Positions 23,105 through 35,853 of a DNA stretch of 43,959 nucleotides are shown here, piece after piece. The DNA is from Octopus bimaculoides (lineage: Eukaryota): positions 23,094,969-23,138,927 of the forward strand of contig NC_068985.1 of the NCBI RefSeq assembly GCF_001194135.2, written 5' to 3'. The translations under genes and the position numbers were made by a program. Numbering within the stretch: the stretch's first letter is position 1; the number at the start of each line of letters is the position of its first letter. The notes below the pieces were generated by a model. That model saw nothing but the letters and a program-made list of their open reading frames with translations, was not told the DNA's origin and did no database searches.

Positions 23105-23262
23105 ACGGAACGATCTGCTAGAAATCATAGTCAAATGTCCCTCACATTACACCCTCTCATCCTAAAAAGGATCAACACATTGAACAAAATGATGGGATGG
23201 TCATAGCTGAAATGCCTTTAATCAGAGGTCTACTCAGTCAAAACTGATTTTGGGATAAATAA
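23105..23262 (+). mobile_element. Fragment of dispersed repeat 'F' (SINE-tail-like)
   Basis: CTAGAAAT..CAAAT..CCCTC..CACCC..CATCCTAAAAAGGA..ACATTG recurs, decayed, at 38755-38880 and 22375-22430. Confidence 0.5.
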
Positions 23263-24237
23263 CAGGAAAGCATAGCAAGGACCAAGTTAAGTTGCCAATT
23301 GTGGCCATATCTCCTTGAAAATCTTTCCACAATCTGGGAAGTTGAAATCTTTAAAGATAAGTAATCATTCTCAACCTTTTTCTAAACTGCTTTTTCACAC
23401 TGACACTACCTTACTCAAGACTATTTTTGTTTATAATCTAACAGTTTATGTAAATGATCTTTTTCCCTTCTCTCAATTTTTTAGTTGTTTCTATTGCTGC
23501 TGTTGTTAATGTAACTAACACCAGCATCGTTTTTTATACTAACGTACTATTCCTTTTATTTCATCTGCTATCATTGGCTATTTGACAAATTGTACCAAAT
23601 TTATGCGATAGTTATTCCTAAAACTACAATCTTTTGTTTACTTGCCAGTTATACAATCACCAGCACAATAGATACCCAATTCTCTAGAGATAGATTTTGA
23701 AAATTGCCACCTTGCACCTCCAATTCAAAAAAAAACATACAAATTGTAACTGCTATTTATGTTATGCTATTTGATCTATAACTGTAAAGCCCAATAAAAC
23801 ATCTGACAACATCAATAACCAATTCAAAATGACATTTTTAATGGTAACATGTTGCTGTCTTTTATTAATGCAACAAATAAAGCTATGTTTTAATGGGAAT
23901 AAAAACTAACCCACATATTCAATGAGCTAAAAAGAATATCAGCACTAAAGAATATAGTTACAACACAGTCCCAACATATCTAAACTTAGAATGACACAAT
24001 GATCGTAGCTACGATTATTATGACATTCTAAGATATGCAGTCTTAAGAAAATGTAAACATAGAAACATGTATAACAAATAGGATGGGAAGATTTGTACAA
24101 TGGAAATTCTACTAATATGAATTTGGTTTACAAAACAATTACCACAACCTGCACAACAAACTATATTTGAAAATAACTTAGCCATGATCACATCGGTGAT
24201 TCCTATGACATATGAAAGATACATAAATGTAACTTAC

Positions 24238-24339
24238 TTGGACAATATTTTGAAAAACCATCAATCAAAAAAGGACTGTTTATCAGCATTCTAATTTCAT
24301 CTAACAAACTATTTTCCTTAAATTTCTGTTCTATATTTT
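24238..24339 (-). CDS. Candidate internal exon of an unidentified gene
   Basis: 102 nt, phase 1-1, open as NIEQKFKENSLLDEIRMLINSPFLIDGFSKYCP. Donor CAA|GTAAGT is strong; acceptor TCTATAG| is moderate and overlaps a SINE head. No homology recognised. Confidence 0.25.
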
Positions 24340-24345
24340 CTATAG

Positions 24346-24855
24346 ACACAGGTATGGTTGTGTACAGGCACAGGCATGTCTGTATGGCTAAGGAGCTCAC
24401 TTTGCAGCCACGTGGTTTTGTGTTCAATCTCACTGTGCAGCACTTTGGTCACATGTCTTCTTCTATAACCCAGGACTGACCAATATACCTTGTGAGAGAA
24501 TTTGCTAGATGGAAACTGTATGGAAGCCCATTGTATATAAATTTATATGTATAAATATAAATATATATGTATAAATATAAATATATATGTATAAATATAA
24601 ATATATTATATAAATAAAATACACACACACATATATATACATAAACACACACACACACATATATATATATATACATATGCACACACATATATATATCTAC
24701 ATACACACACAATGCGTGTATGCATGTGTACATTTTTGTATTTGCCCTCCCTCCACCACCACCACCACCACCACCACCACCACTTGACAACTGGTGTTGG
24801 TTTGTTTACACCCCTGTAACTTAGCAGTATGGGAAAAAAGACTGATACTTAAGTG
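24346..24855 (+). mobile_element. Family A1 SINE with duplicated head and expanded internal microsatellites
   Basis: Two ACAGG(T/C)ATG head starts, GATGGAAACTG core, TA/CA/(CCA)n expansion, then CACTTGACAACTGGTGTTGGTTTGTTTACACCCCTGTAACTTAGCAG. Confidence 0.7.
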
Positions 24856-25027
24856 ACAAATCCCTAAAGTGTGGAAACTGCTTAAAAGGATGCAAATTGA
24901 GAAAGAAATCAAGATTCATGTAGCTACATATTAAATCATCTGTGTTAAATTCTATACTGTTTGCTGAACCAAGTCCCACAGTGAAAATATTTAAATGTGC
25001 CCTGTGTGTGTTATATAAAATGTCATT

Positions 25028-25309
25028 GGCAAATTTACTACAGTATTTGCTCTGAGATATCTCAAATGGGTGTGCTGTGTTTTAAAAACCCAAAATATAT
25101 TGGAGGCAGACATAAAAAATCTTAGTGGCTGGTGCAAATGCTAAATGCTTGGCTGTGATTACATGCTCTTGACAAAGCTCAATGAGGCAGAAAATCATCT
25201 AGAATTCTCGCCAGTTACTGCCAAGTTGATTTTCATACATTTTGTGTTTTTAAACACAGCATGTTCATATGAGATATTAGCTCAGAATGAATACCACAGT
25301 AAATGTGCC
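25028..25309. repeat. Foldback / MITE-like element, ~73 bp arms
   Basis: 25028-25100 pairs with the reverse complement of 25235-25309 (GGCAAATTTACT..GTATT..CTGAG, ATATCTCA, TGCTGTGTTT..AAAAAC.CAAAAT). Confidence 0.75.
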
Positions 25310-26378
25310 TATCACAGTGTACTAACATTAAGTGTGATGCACAGATGACCATTTTAATCTAATACTGCTTCTGTTGTATATAACAGATTTAAATGTGCAC
25401 ATTTGCACATATACTCATAGACCTTAACAAAAAATGAAGAAAAATTGTACGTGTTTAAGGTTTATAGAATTGTGTCTGGTGCAAGTGTAAAAACATGCAG
25501 CAATGATTTGATAGGGAGGATAAAGAGGAGTGATGTTTGTTAGCTGAGCATTGAAGCTTGTAATTTACAGAAGATAATAAGAACCTGTGATATTCATGCC
25601 TATATTTTGGAGGGCATTAACCATTTTCATACTAACTTGCCTGAAACCACCCCTGATTTATGCTACAAAGTTTATATTTTAAAATAATCCAAATTAAAAC
25701 CTTCCTTCAGAATTTCATGTTCATTTATGTTCCAAATACCAGCTTAATAACGACAAAATTATTTTAATAAATTCTTCATTACTTTTAGAATTAACTGAAA
25801 CAAAAGCAGTATATTTCAACAGAAATATGATAACAAAACGGTCAATGGTATATGTGAAGCAGTTCCAATTGTAGCCAGTGAGTCTTGAAATTAATATTTC
25901 ATTCAACATTTTCAATATAACCTTTTTTTGTTATATACTTGAATATATGAATAGAATATGTGTCACAAGACTACTTTTAGTTCCCTGAACTACACATATT
26001 TTCAAACAACCTCATTTGTCTAATTGAAACTAATTGAAGAAAAGACTGGTCTCAGTTTTGTCCCAGAGAAGCCTCAAGCTACATTGGCTGTAGACTTGTT
26101 AATAATAAATTTTGATTTATGAGAGATAATATATTATGTAGTGGCTTTCAACTAAACTGTTACTAAGCCATAGAGTGCTGCAGCTCACACAAAGTGTGCC
26201 ATAAGCTACACAATACACATCTCCAATATTAAATTTTCAAAGGCAATCTTCATTAATATAATTATTTGTAAGATGAACACCAACACTAACCAATTATGAT
26301 GTTAGCCTTTTAAAAAGAATTTTGAAAATAGCTTCTCTAGGCATTTAGTCAATTTATTTTTTAACAAATACCAACACA

Positions 26379-26380
<2 letters not shown>

Positions 26381-26423
<43 letters not shown>
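26381..26423. repeat. (CT)n microsatellite abutting a gap
   Basis: Directly visible. Confidence 0.95.
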
Positions 26424-26451
26424 NNNNNNNNNNNNNNNNNNNNNNNNNNNN
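26424..26451. other. Assembly gap (N run)
   Basis: Run of N. Confidence 1.
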
Positions 26452-26797
26452 TATATATATATATATATATATGTCCTTTCTCTGCTATTTCTCTCTTCTC
26501 TGTCATTTCCTTTTTCTCTGCTATCTCTCTATCTCTCTCTTTCTCAACCTATCTGTCTGTCTGTCTCTCTGATGCATATACATACATACATACATACAGA
26601 TATAATTTATAAGTGACAAATTTTCTCAAATACAGGATACAATATACACTTTGTTTTAACCAGTTTTATGTACTTTTTTTTCAGTTACTCTGCATTAAAT
26701 CTCAACTATCTTCTCTTAGAAGGTTAAAACTTATTTAAATTTGAAACTTTTACAAGGATGTTAGAAAATATGATAAGTTCCAAGTTAATGTGGTGAG

Positions 26798-26942
26798 TAT
26801 TAAAAAGTTACCTAGAAATAATTATTCAGCGAGGGAAGAAAAAACAATGTGAGTTAATGACTAATATTATTTTAATTATTTTGTCAGGTATGGGAGACAA
26901 TACCAAACATTTTATGGTATTATTCTGACCTCATTAGCAAAA
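26798..26942 (+). repeat. Unclassified dispersed repeat, copy 2 (homologous to 8750-8900)
   Basis: Collinear with copy 1; carries a branch-point-like ACTAAT, a pyrimidine tract and GTCAG| acceptor, then VWETIPNILWYYSDLISKI*. Confidence 0.65.
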
Positions 26943-28014
26943 TATAGACATTACTGTACTTGAAGAATTAATGAAAGAAACATTAAATAAATGTACAAGA
27001 ATATACACTGGTTGGCATTGAGAAACAGAAGTGTGTAAAAACTAAACAACTCAGAGCATTAAAAATAGTAACATATATTGTAAATACATAGGGTACCTAC
27101 TGATATTTTCTCCCGCTCCCTGAACTCTGAGATTCAATCCCACTCATGTAAATTTTGATTCTCAGTCTTCCAGGATTGATAAATAAAGTGCCAGTCAAGC
27201 AGTGAATTTAATCAATCTCTCTCTTTCTCTTTTTCTCACTCACTCGCACACTCTCTGAATAAGCTGTGTTGTGCTGTGAGAAGAATTGTAGGAGACCACT
27301 CACAGTTTCTTTCTCCAAAAATAGAGTGGGGTTGAGGGACAGGCTAGCAATCCCTTCTCGAAGAAAAACTTATACGCAGCTAGAATCATCCCAGGACTGA
27401 TTGATAAATAAAAAAAGACATTGTATCAACAAAGAAATATTTCTATCAACTCTTGTTAACATGTATATTATATATACATTTACGAGTGTAGATGTATTTG
27501 AGTTTGTGTATTTTCAGATGTGTTAATCAACAATAATATTTTAAAAGGACCTTACTAGTTATCACTAAAAATCACAATAGTTTAACTGTTTCAACCAAAA
27601 TTGAATATTCTTTATGGGGAGTTAAAGTAAAAACAGAGCTTTTCTTCAGCTAATTTTTCACTCCTGCTGATTACTAAAGATTCCAAGACAAATTTATGTT
27701 TTTAATGCTGCTGACACTGCCAGACTGCCCAGGTGTCAAAATCATTGTAATATCCATTTGGCAGCTGATGATGGGAATACATATTTGTTATGCTTGTTTG
27801 TGGATTTTTATATCTTAGTCTCATTATTCTGAGTTGTCCTTCATTCTAGTAAAGTGGGAAAGTGTTTGTGGATTCATGTTTTGCGGGGATTACTTACATT
27901 GATATTGGTTGTTTTTCTTCCCAGATGATCTTATTAAGCTCAGATAATGCTTAGATATTGGTGCCTTTTTTGGGAGGGTTCTGTGACATATCAAGATATA
28001 TATATATATATATT

Positions 28015-28061
<47 letters not shown>

Positions 28062-28289
28062 NNNNNNNNNNNNNNNNNNNNNNNNNNNNNNNNNNNNNNN
28101 NNNNNNNNNNNNNNNNNNNNNNNNNNNNNNNNNNNNNNNNNNNNNNNNNNNNNNNNNNNNNNNNNNNNNNNNNNNNNNNNNNNNNNNNNNNNNNNNNNNN
28201 NNNNNNNNNNNNNNNNNNNNNNNNNNNNNNNNNNNNNNNNNNNNNNNNNNNNNNNNNNNNNNNNNNNNNNNNNNNNNNNNNNNNNNNNN
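28062..28289. other. Assembly gap (N run)
   Basis: Run of N. Confidence 1.
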
Positions 28290-28372
28290 CCCCCACCCCA
28301 CCCAGTGGATCTTGTCAAAATATCCAATCCATGCCAGCATGAAAAGAGGATATATGAATGATGATGATGGTG
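28290..28372 (+). mobile_element. RTE-type 3' tail fragment
   Basis: TCCAATCCATGCCAGCATGAAAAG...ATGATGATGATG matches the tail at 95-142. Confidence 0.55.
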
Positions 28373-28407
28373 ATATATACACACACATACATAGAGAATG
28401 AGAAGCA

Positions 28408-28487
28408 GACAGACAGACATACAAAAAGAAAGAAAGAAAGAAAGAAAGAAAGAAACATAGCTAACTAGCCAGCTAGCTAGTGAGATT

Positions 28488-28557
<70 letters not shown>

Positions 28558-28707
28558 CAAATAGACAGACAAATAGATAGATAGGCAGACAGACAGATGG
28601 ACGGACGGACGGACGGACGGACGGATGGACGGACGGATGGACGGACGGAAGGACGGATGGACGGACGGAAGGACGGACGGACGGACGGACAGACAAACAG
28701 ATAGATA
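28408..28707. repeat. Compound tetranucleotide microsatellite (AGAC/AAAG/AGCT/AGAT/GGAC)
   Basis: Directly visible; source of the SVRP repeat in ORF 28013-28696. Confidence 0.95.
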
Positions 28708-29729
28708 ACAGAAATCTAAAAGAAAATAATATTTGTATATATTGATAATTTAGATAAATTAGGGAATAAATTCAATGATCAATATTGCATATTGGATAAA
28801 AAACAAAAAAGTAATATCTTTTCTCTGTGATGTTTATCAATGAAAATAATGATTTTTTTTTGGATAATATCATTTGCAAACATCAACAACATTGCGTATA
28901 TATTTTCTACAGTAGATAGGAATAAAAAGAAACCCTTAATGAAGGTATGAAAAGAAAAAATAGGGAAAAAGAATATATGATGCACACTCTTGTCCGTTGT
29001 TAAGCAGCCAACTTTTAATATATTTAGCTGTGTAGTTATACATTTGTGCACACATACATAAATGCATGCATGCATAGAAACAGACATATCAGCATTCATA
29101 CATAAATACATACATACATGCATTCATGCATAAATATATATATATGTATATACATGCCTCCATGCATAAATAGATTTATTCATACACACAGAGGTTTAAT
29201 ATTAAAAAAATATTTTAAAGCAAAAAGATATATCATTTTAAGATTTAATATAAAAATAACATCATAGGTCATACTAAAAAAACAATAAAAATAAGAATAA
29301 AAAAGAATAAAAAAGAAAAAAATCATGGAAATTTATAATCCAACATAAAATATTGGTTTCTTACTAAGGCACAGTGTGTTGGTTTTTGTAGGGGAGAGAG
29401 GTATAACTGCTTAAATAAATCCCTGTGTATTATTAGCAGCTATTTTATTGATCTTTTCTTTGAAGAAGCGGGAAAAATAAAATTGATCTTGGCAGAATTT
29501 GAATTGAGAAACCAGAGAAGCTAAATATTATTCAGAATCTAGTCCAGCATCCCTCTAATCTGATGTAGAAAAGTTATCATATTTCAGAAACAATGTATTG
29601 GGAAACTAAAACACAAATTTATGGGGAGGCGAGGAATGATAAACTAATAAAATTACTAGCAACCTTCCAAACAAATCAGACTATTTCATTTTTAGCAACC
29701 AAATTATTGTTATTATTATTATTATTATT

Positions 29730-30193
29730 GAGTGAGAGAAGAGCGCATGCCATCAAAGTGACACTGGGGTACAAATATACGAAGCCCAATATACGCATCA
29801 TTACTACCCATCTATCAAGTGTACACCAGGCACATGCATCACAACCATATATGCACGGTTTGGTGATCTCATATCAAGATAAACAGCGCATGACCTTGTA
29901 GGTGGGGCCCAGTTAGAATTTTCTTCAGTTTGAGTAGCCCATCCCTTTCAAAAGGTCCCCGAATAAGGGTTATTTAAGGATGTTGAACAAGACACCCAAG
30001 TTTCCAGAGGTGAATTATTCAAACCCCAAAGAATTCCTCTCAACACATGGCTATGGTGCTCCCCATCTACTTCTGCTCATGATCAGAGATGCACATATTG
30101 TCAGCCACTAAGGGACATACTCAACTAGTTAAGGTCAAACAACTGACAAGCAAATCTGTGGTAGTGAGCAGAATATTTGCTGTAACCCATCTT
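29730..30193 (-). mobile_element. Unclassified repeat 'C', copy 2 (lacks ~57 bp at the right end)
   Basis: Collinear with 17308-17772; (TTA)n on both sides. Confidence 0.75.
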
Positions 30194-30214
30194 TATTATT
30201 ATTATTACTATTTA

Positions 30215-30425
30215 GGCAGTGATCTGGTAGAATCATTAGCACACTGGGAAAAATGCTTAGTGACATTTTTTCCATCTTTACATTCTGTGTTCAAATTCCA
30301 CTGAAGTCAACTTTGCCTTTCACCCTTTCAGGGTCAATAAAATAAGTACCAGTTGAGTACTGGGGTTGATGCAATTGACTCAGCTCTTCCCCAAAATTGC
30401 TGGCCTTGTGCCAAAATTTGAAATC
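30215..30425 (+). mobile_element. tRNA-derived SINE, family B
   Basis: GGCAGTGATCTGGTAGAATCATTAGC...GTGTTCAAATTCC...GTGCCAAAATTTGAAATCA. Confidence 0.85.
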
Positions 30426-30427
30426 AA

Positions 30428-30640
30428 GGTGACAAGCTGGCAGAATCATTTACATGTTGGATGAAATGCTTAGCGGCATTTCTCTTCTCTTTATGTTCTG
30501 AGTTCAAATTCCGCCGAGGTTGATTTTTGCCTTTCATCCTTTTGGGGTTGATGAATTAAGTACCAATGAAACACTGGGTCGATGTAATCAACTTATACCA
30601 TCCCACAAAATGGCTGCCCTTGTGGCAAAATTTGAAAACA
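30428..30640 (+). mobile_element. tRNA-derived SINE, family B (tandem with the previous copy)
   Basis: AAGCTGGCAGAATCATT...GAGTTCAAATTCCGCCGAGGT...GTGGCAAAATTTGAAAACA followed by TTATTA. Confidence 0.85.
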
Positions 30641-31740
30641 TTATTACTGTTGTTGTTATCACCAATATGATGAGTACTGTGAAGCAAGAGGTAAATTGCT
30701 AGCAAGCCTAGAACATGATGCAATATCAATTCTCACTTGAACCCATTTCACCTTAGTTATGCCACTAGTACCTCTGGGGCATTCATGAGCATCACAACGT
30801 TCCATTTCTCATAAAGACAGTAAACTAGAAAAACAATAGACTAAATGCCTATAATATGTAATGTTATTTCACTAAATATTGATTTCAAATTCCTCTCTCA
30901 GAAGTTAATAATGCATGTAGTAAACATTAATTAACTGCCACAATTTTTCTTTAAATAAAAGTAGTTATTATAGACACAATTTTGAGAGAGGAAAGAGTAA
31001 TATTAATGAGACTTAAATCAAACATCTTGTTGAGATCTGTTGGCTTCTTCTGCCTCAGATTAGAGTTTATAACATCTAATATCAAGTTCTATGCATTCAC
31101 TAGAGCTGATTTAATTCACTATATACACCTCTCCTACAAACATGTGATTTTGTACCAATGTAAAATCTTCTTAAGGGTAACAGGATGTGTTTGTAATAAA
31201 TTATATGTTAAAAAAATATCATTTTAATTGACTATTTATTCATTTCATACAGACATGTGGTCTTGTACTAATGTAAGAACTTATTTATAGCTAACATGGT
31301 GTGTTTGCAATAACTTAGATGTTAAAAGAATATTCATTTTCAGACAAGATGTCTACAAGAAACATAATGTCTCAGTGTTAATGGGTACACACTGAAGTGA
31401 TTACCTTCTTGCTTTCTTCAATCTAAAGGAATTGTAATATTCATGCTGACCCCAAAGCTAGTAGTAATATGATCAAAGTGGAATTGCTTCAACTGGAGAC
31501 TGAAATGCTATTACAGATTTAGCTGAGAGCTGGCCCTCTGCCCACTGGTGTTCACCTAAGCTAAAATTATATAGTGGAATGATATTTTTGCACAGCTACA
31601 ATTTCTTCCCAATTTGAGCAGGTAAGTTAAATTTAAAAATCTAAATTTTACATCCTCTGACTATAAAGCATTAATGAAATTGCTGAGATAAAACTTGAGA
31701 TTTCTTTACATTCACCCATTGCTAGGTGTCACAACAAATA

Positions 31741-32900
31741 CAGTGACCACCATAAGTTTAGAGCCATAGTGCACATTTTTTTATATTTTATAATTTTAAA
31801 GTTTTCAAATAAATCCAATACATAAAGTAATATAAAGACATTAACAAATGCTTAAAATAGATTATAAAGATTTGCTTATTCATACCTTTAATTAGATTAT
31901 TTTATCAAAAGTCTTAGGTAGTTCTGAATTTCATGAAATTCATAAGTTTAGAGCACAAAAAATTAAAAAATTGCTAAATTTGTCCCAATTCCTGGTTCCA
32001 TGGTATTTTTGTAGTATTTTGCTACAAAACATACAAACTGTTCAGTTATATGAGGATGGGGCTGGCTACAAGAACAATACTGTGCATCCTTCAAAAATAC
32101 AGGCAGCTAGCATGACCACCTTAAAAGTAGAAGAGCCAGGAAAACATCTCCAAAAGATGACAGAGACATACACAGACTATCAGAGGTCAACCACTTGCTG
32201 CAGTTGGCATTAAAGGGAGTCAGTGACAGCTGTCGGCAGAGGGCTTAAGCAATTCAGAGAAAATAAGGATAAGCTTTTCATTTCTCCGAAGAACAAAAAA
32301 TTGTTCCTTAAATTCACCAGGGCTCACATAGCTTGAACCGTTGCTGAGTGGAATTTTGTGAATTGTATGAGTAGATCCAGGTTCAACCAGTTTATATCTG
32401 CTGATGTTATGTCAGGCATCATCCTGGTGAGGAACTGAATTTCAGGTGTTTCCAACGCCACATGAATGGAAGCAGAGGTTGTGTCATAGTCGGTGGGGCT
32501 CAACTCAAGAAACTGATTTTATTTATTGTATCCCTAGCACCATGGCTCAAGAAGTGTATATAGGCATATTGAGAGACATCCTTTTACTCCAATAATCATT
32601 TGCCAGATATAAATACTGATGTATGATGACCCCAAACACTGCACATTCAGTGAAGTAGTTCATTTGTAATAAAAAAATAAAAAAACTAATATCCTGGACC
32701 AATCTCTTATCTCAATCTGATGAAAAATTTCTGGAATGATGTCTAAGCTCAGAAACCATTCAATCTTAAAGTGTTTCATTATTGATTGAAGAATTTTGGC
32801 AGCAAATACATATTTCTCATTGCCAACACCAGATTGTATCAATGCCTCACAAATGTTACTAAGTATGTGAGAGAAAAGGATATCACAGTGAATAAATTTT
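31741..32900 (+). pseudogene. Decayed Tc1-family DNA transposon
   Basis: Starts TA|CAGTG with internal direct repeat CATAAGTTTAGAGC at 31751 and 31941 (IR/DR layout). Transposase pieces: QLYEDGAGYK, FKNTGS*HDHLKSRRARKTSPKDDR (SGRP/HTH region), YVRHHPGEEL, DDPKH (second D region), YPGPISYLNLMKNFW (WP..SPDLNPIEN-like). Confidence 0.8.
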
Positions 32901-34087
32901 GTTCAATAGGAAACTGTTATTTAAAGTAATAATACTGTTTTCATATCTGATTCTGAATATATGATGATTTGAATTCTATTCACAGAATGAAAATTTAAAT
33001 ACATTCAAATGAAAGCAAGATATTTCAACACATAACAAATAGGTCTTTTTCAGAATATTTGAAGGAGAATTAACTAATATAAATTTAGTTTATCCATTTG
33101 ATTAATAAACCCTAAAAAATTCAGGTATCTGCTAAATGGTTCTAAGCTTATGCATTTGAAACATTGAATATTTTAGAAATTGTTTATCATTTATTGTCTT
33201 TGTTTCCCCTAATTTTCACTTTTAGTTGGTTTTAAAAATGTATTTTCAATTTTTTATACAGTAATAAATTTTCTCAAGTTTTTAAAATGTTACCTACATA
33301 TTTATTTCTAAGTGAATATAATAAACGTGTAATATTTTACTTGGTGAAATGTGAGCAAATCAGATATTCATAAAATAAAAACAAGCAAACAACATAAAAA
33401 TAATATCACAAATACAAAAAGCAAAAAAAAACCAGGTTTCTTTGATCAGGGTTAACCTGGATCTATACAAACAACATAAAAAGGAACAGATATAAATTTA
33501 GCATTAACATTAAATCTATGCCTTAGTCTGTAAAAATATAACAACAAATAAAGTTAAATAAATATATTTATAAATAAGATTAAAGAAACAGATGTGTTAA
33601 GTTTCATAGGAAAAAAGAAAAATAGTAACTGGCAACAAGATATAAATGTAAATGTTATTTTTATTACTGTTTCTACTATTAATAAATAATATATTTTTAA
33701 TATTTAGTAATAACAATAACATAGAGAGCAAAATCCTTATTTACACATTTTGAGGAAAGTTCAATATTTGGTTTGTACAGAACACTTACAGAACTGAGAA
33801 GACAGTTTTTATTTTACAAATTTTGTGCCAGTGTGAAATAGGTTCATTGTCAACAAATTTGAAATGAAATAGTTCCAAAAATTTGAAAAAAAGTTTAATT
33901 TAAAATAAATATTTATAAACTTAATATGAATTGTTTTAAAGTGTATTTAAAAAAATTAAAATGCTAAAATAAAAAAAAAATTTTTTAAACTGAATATGTG
34001 CAACAAAAGTGAGAAGGGAGCACAACATTTGATCTTTAGCAATAAATGAAAAACTAAGAAACACTAAAATACTGGGTGATAGTTAAC

Positions 34088-34227
34088 TTGCATGGTTTTC
34101 CTGAGAATCATATGAAGAACTGCTGAGCAAACGACGCAGCCACTTCTGTACAGCTTGTAGGATTTGTTGAGAAAGTAAACATGGGTGGATCTTGGCTAGT
34201 AATGCTCCACACTGACTAAGGTAATCA
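34088..34227 (-). CDS. Candidate exon of an unidentified gene
   Basis: Strong acceptor (TTTTCCTTAATACCTTTCTCCAG|), open frame DYLSQCGALLAKIHPCLLSQQILQAVQKWLRRLLSSSSYDSQENHA, locally higher GC with retained CpGs. The donor is weak (GCAA|GTTAAC), or the exon is terminal (in-frame TAA follows). Confidence 0.35.
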
Positions 34228-34576
34228 CTGGAGAAAGGTATTAAGGAAAATTGAAATTCTGACATGGAATGAACTGAAATGAAACATTTAACTCTTATAT
34301 GTTGTTGACTGATTATCAAAATTAAAGTATACATTTGAGTTTACTGGATGGTATTTAAGGGATACATAGTGATTTGACATTCAAATATTGGTTATTGAAC
34401 TATGCAGTTAAGATTTGAGTTAGGTAAAAAGGAATTAGACATACAAAAAAAAAAAAAAAAACAGAATCTGGTATTAAAAAAGTTTATGGTGAGAATGGGA
34501 AACTAGAATACAAATTAAGATGGTATAGAACTCACACCTGTAATGAAGGGCAGGGTTTGACAGGTTTCCCTTACTC

Positions 34577-34779
34577 AAATGCACATCATCATCATACCAG
34601 CAAAGTGGTTTGTTTCCAGTCTTCCAAGAAAGAAACATCTGGCCATGAGAAAATATTACCTTCCTTGTAAACAGGTGAAAGCTAGCAACAAGAAGTGCAT
34701 CTGGCTGTAAAAAAATCTGCCACAACTAATTCTGTCTGACTCATACAAGCATGGAAAAGTGGAGATGATGATGATGATG
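34577..34779 (+). mobile_element. 3' half of family A2 SINE
   Basis: CTGGCCATGAGAAAATATTACCTT...AATTCTGTCTGACTCATACAAGCATGGAAAAGTGG then (GAT)n. Confidence 0.75.
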
Positions 34780-35853
34780 AAAATGATGAACACTAATTTC
34801 ATTTTTTTGCAAATTAGAAGGCAGTTGAAATCCAAGCTATGTTCATGTAATTACATAACTTCCACTGACACCTAAAACTAACAAATTTTATTTGTGACCA
34901 TAGCTTCATGGATGGGTATTCATCTAAAATAATTTGTTTGTTGCTTTAATATTTGGCAGGAATTACGTTTGAAAAACTGATACCTGAAGAAGACAAATCA
35001 AATTGTTGGATATAGAAACAAAAAGAAAGTAGTACTTAATCATAGATATAAAACAAAGCATTTTTTGCGCGAATGACATAAATGTTAATGTTATTTTCCA
35101 GCAAATATAAAATCCTCTTTCTATATTTGCCAATTTTTAAAGGATTTTTCATAGTTTAGTTTTTGTTGTTTTACTAGCTTCATTCTAATCTTTTTCTTTA
35201 ACTCAACTTGTAAAAATTTAAGCTTTCAAGACAGATTGCTTTGGACAATTTTCAGCTTGCAAGTTTTTGTTTCATATAAGCATCGCTAGTAGAAACGAAT
35301 CAATGCATTTTTTATTCCAAAGTATCTACTTAATACACTTTAAATTGAATATTTCAAAAATATACCATCCATTCAAGTCATTAACAAATAATATAGTTAG
35401 CGTCTATTCCTTGGAGATAAGCGATCAATTCATAATCAATTATTTGGCTGAACTTCTTTTATATCTTCCAAATAAAAATAGTTTGTTGGCTTGCCTGAAA
35501 TACCTTGATAACTCTTTGGTCTCCACATCATTTTATAAATTCTTTTTCAACATACTAGGAAAACAGGTTTTGTTGATATATATCATAACTGTTACTTGTT
35601 TATAGCAACAGCTTATAGGTTTCATCCCAAGGGAGCTTTGAATAGCTTGTAATTCAATTACATCCTGTAATCATTATCACCACTATCTTTGCCATTACTG
35701 CTATCATCTCATTTTTTTATACCATGTCAAATTCTAATGCAATTTCTGTGAAATTCTATCTAATCTTGACTCACTCCACCACTTTTAAATAAGAAGCCAG
35801 TTTCTATATTAATCTCCCTGAACTTCTCCAATAACCAACATTTGATAAACGAA

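Noticed and set aside
24346-24351. 6 nt microexon candidate (CTATAG|ACACAG|GTATGG)
   Set aside because: The donor-like sequence is a duplicated family A SINE head.
31596-31621. 26 nt plus-strand exon candidate with a perfect CAG|GTAAGT donor
   Set aside because: Isolated; one such site per window is plausible by chance, and no coherent plus-strand gene model emerged.
35150-35600. Possible hAT C-terminal relic on the minus strand (and a similar hint at 1050-1420)
   Set aside because: Only vague resemblance; no diagnostic motif could be read unambiguously.
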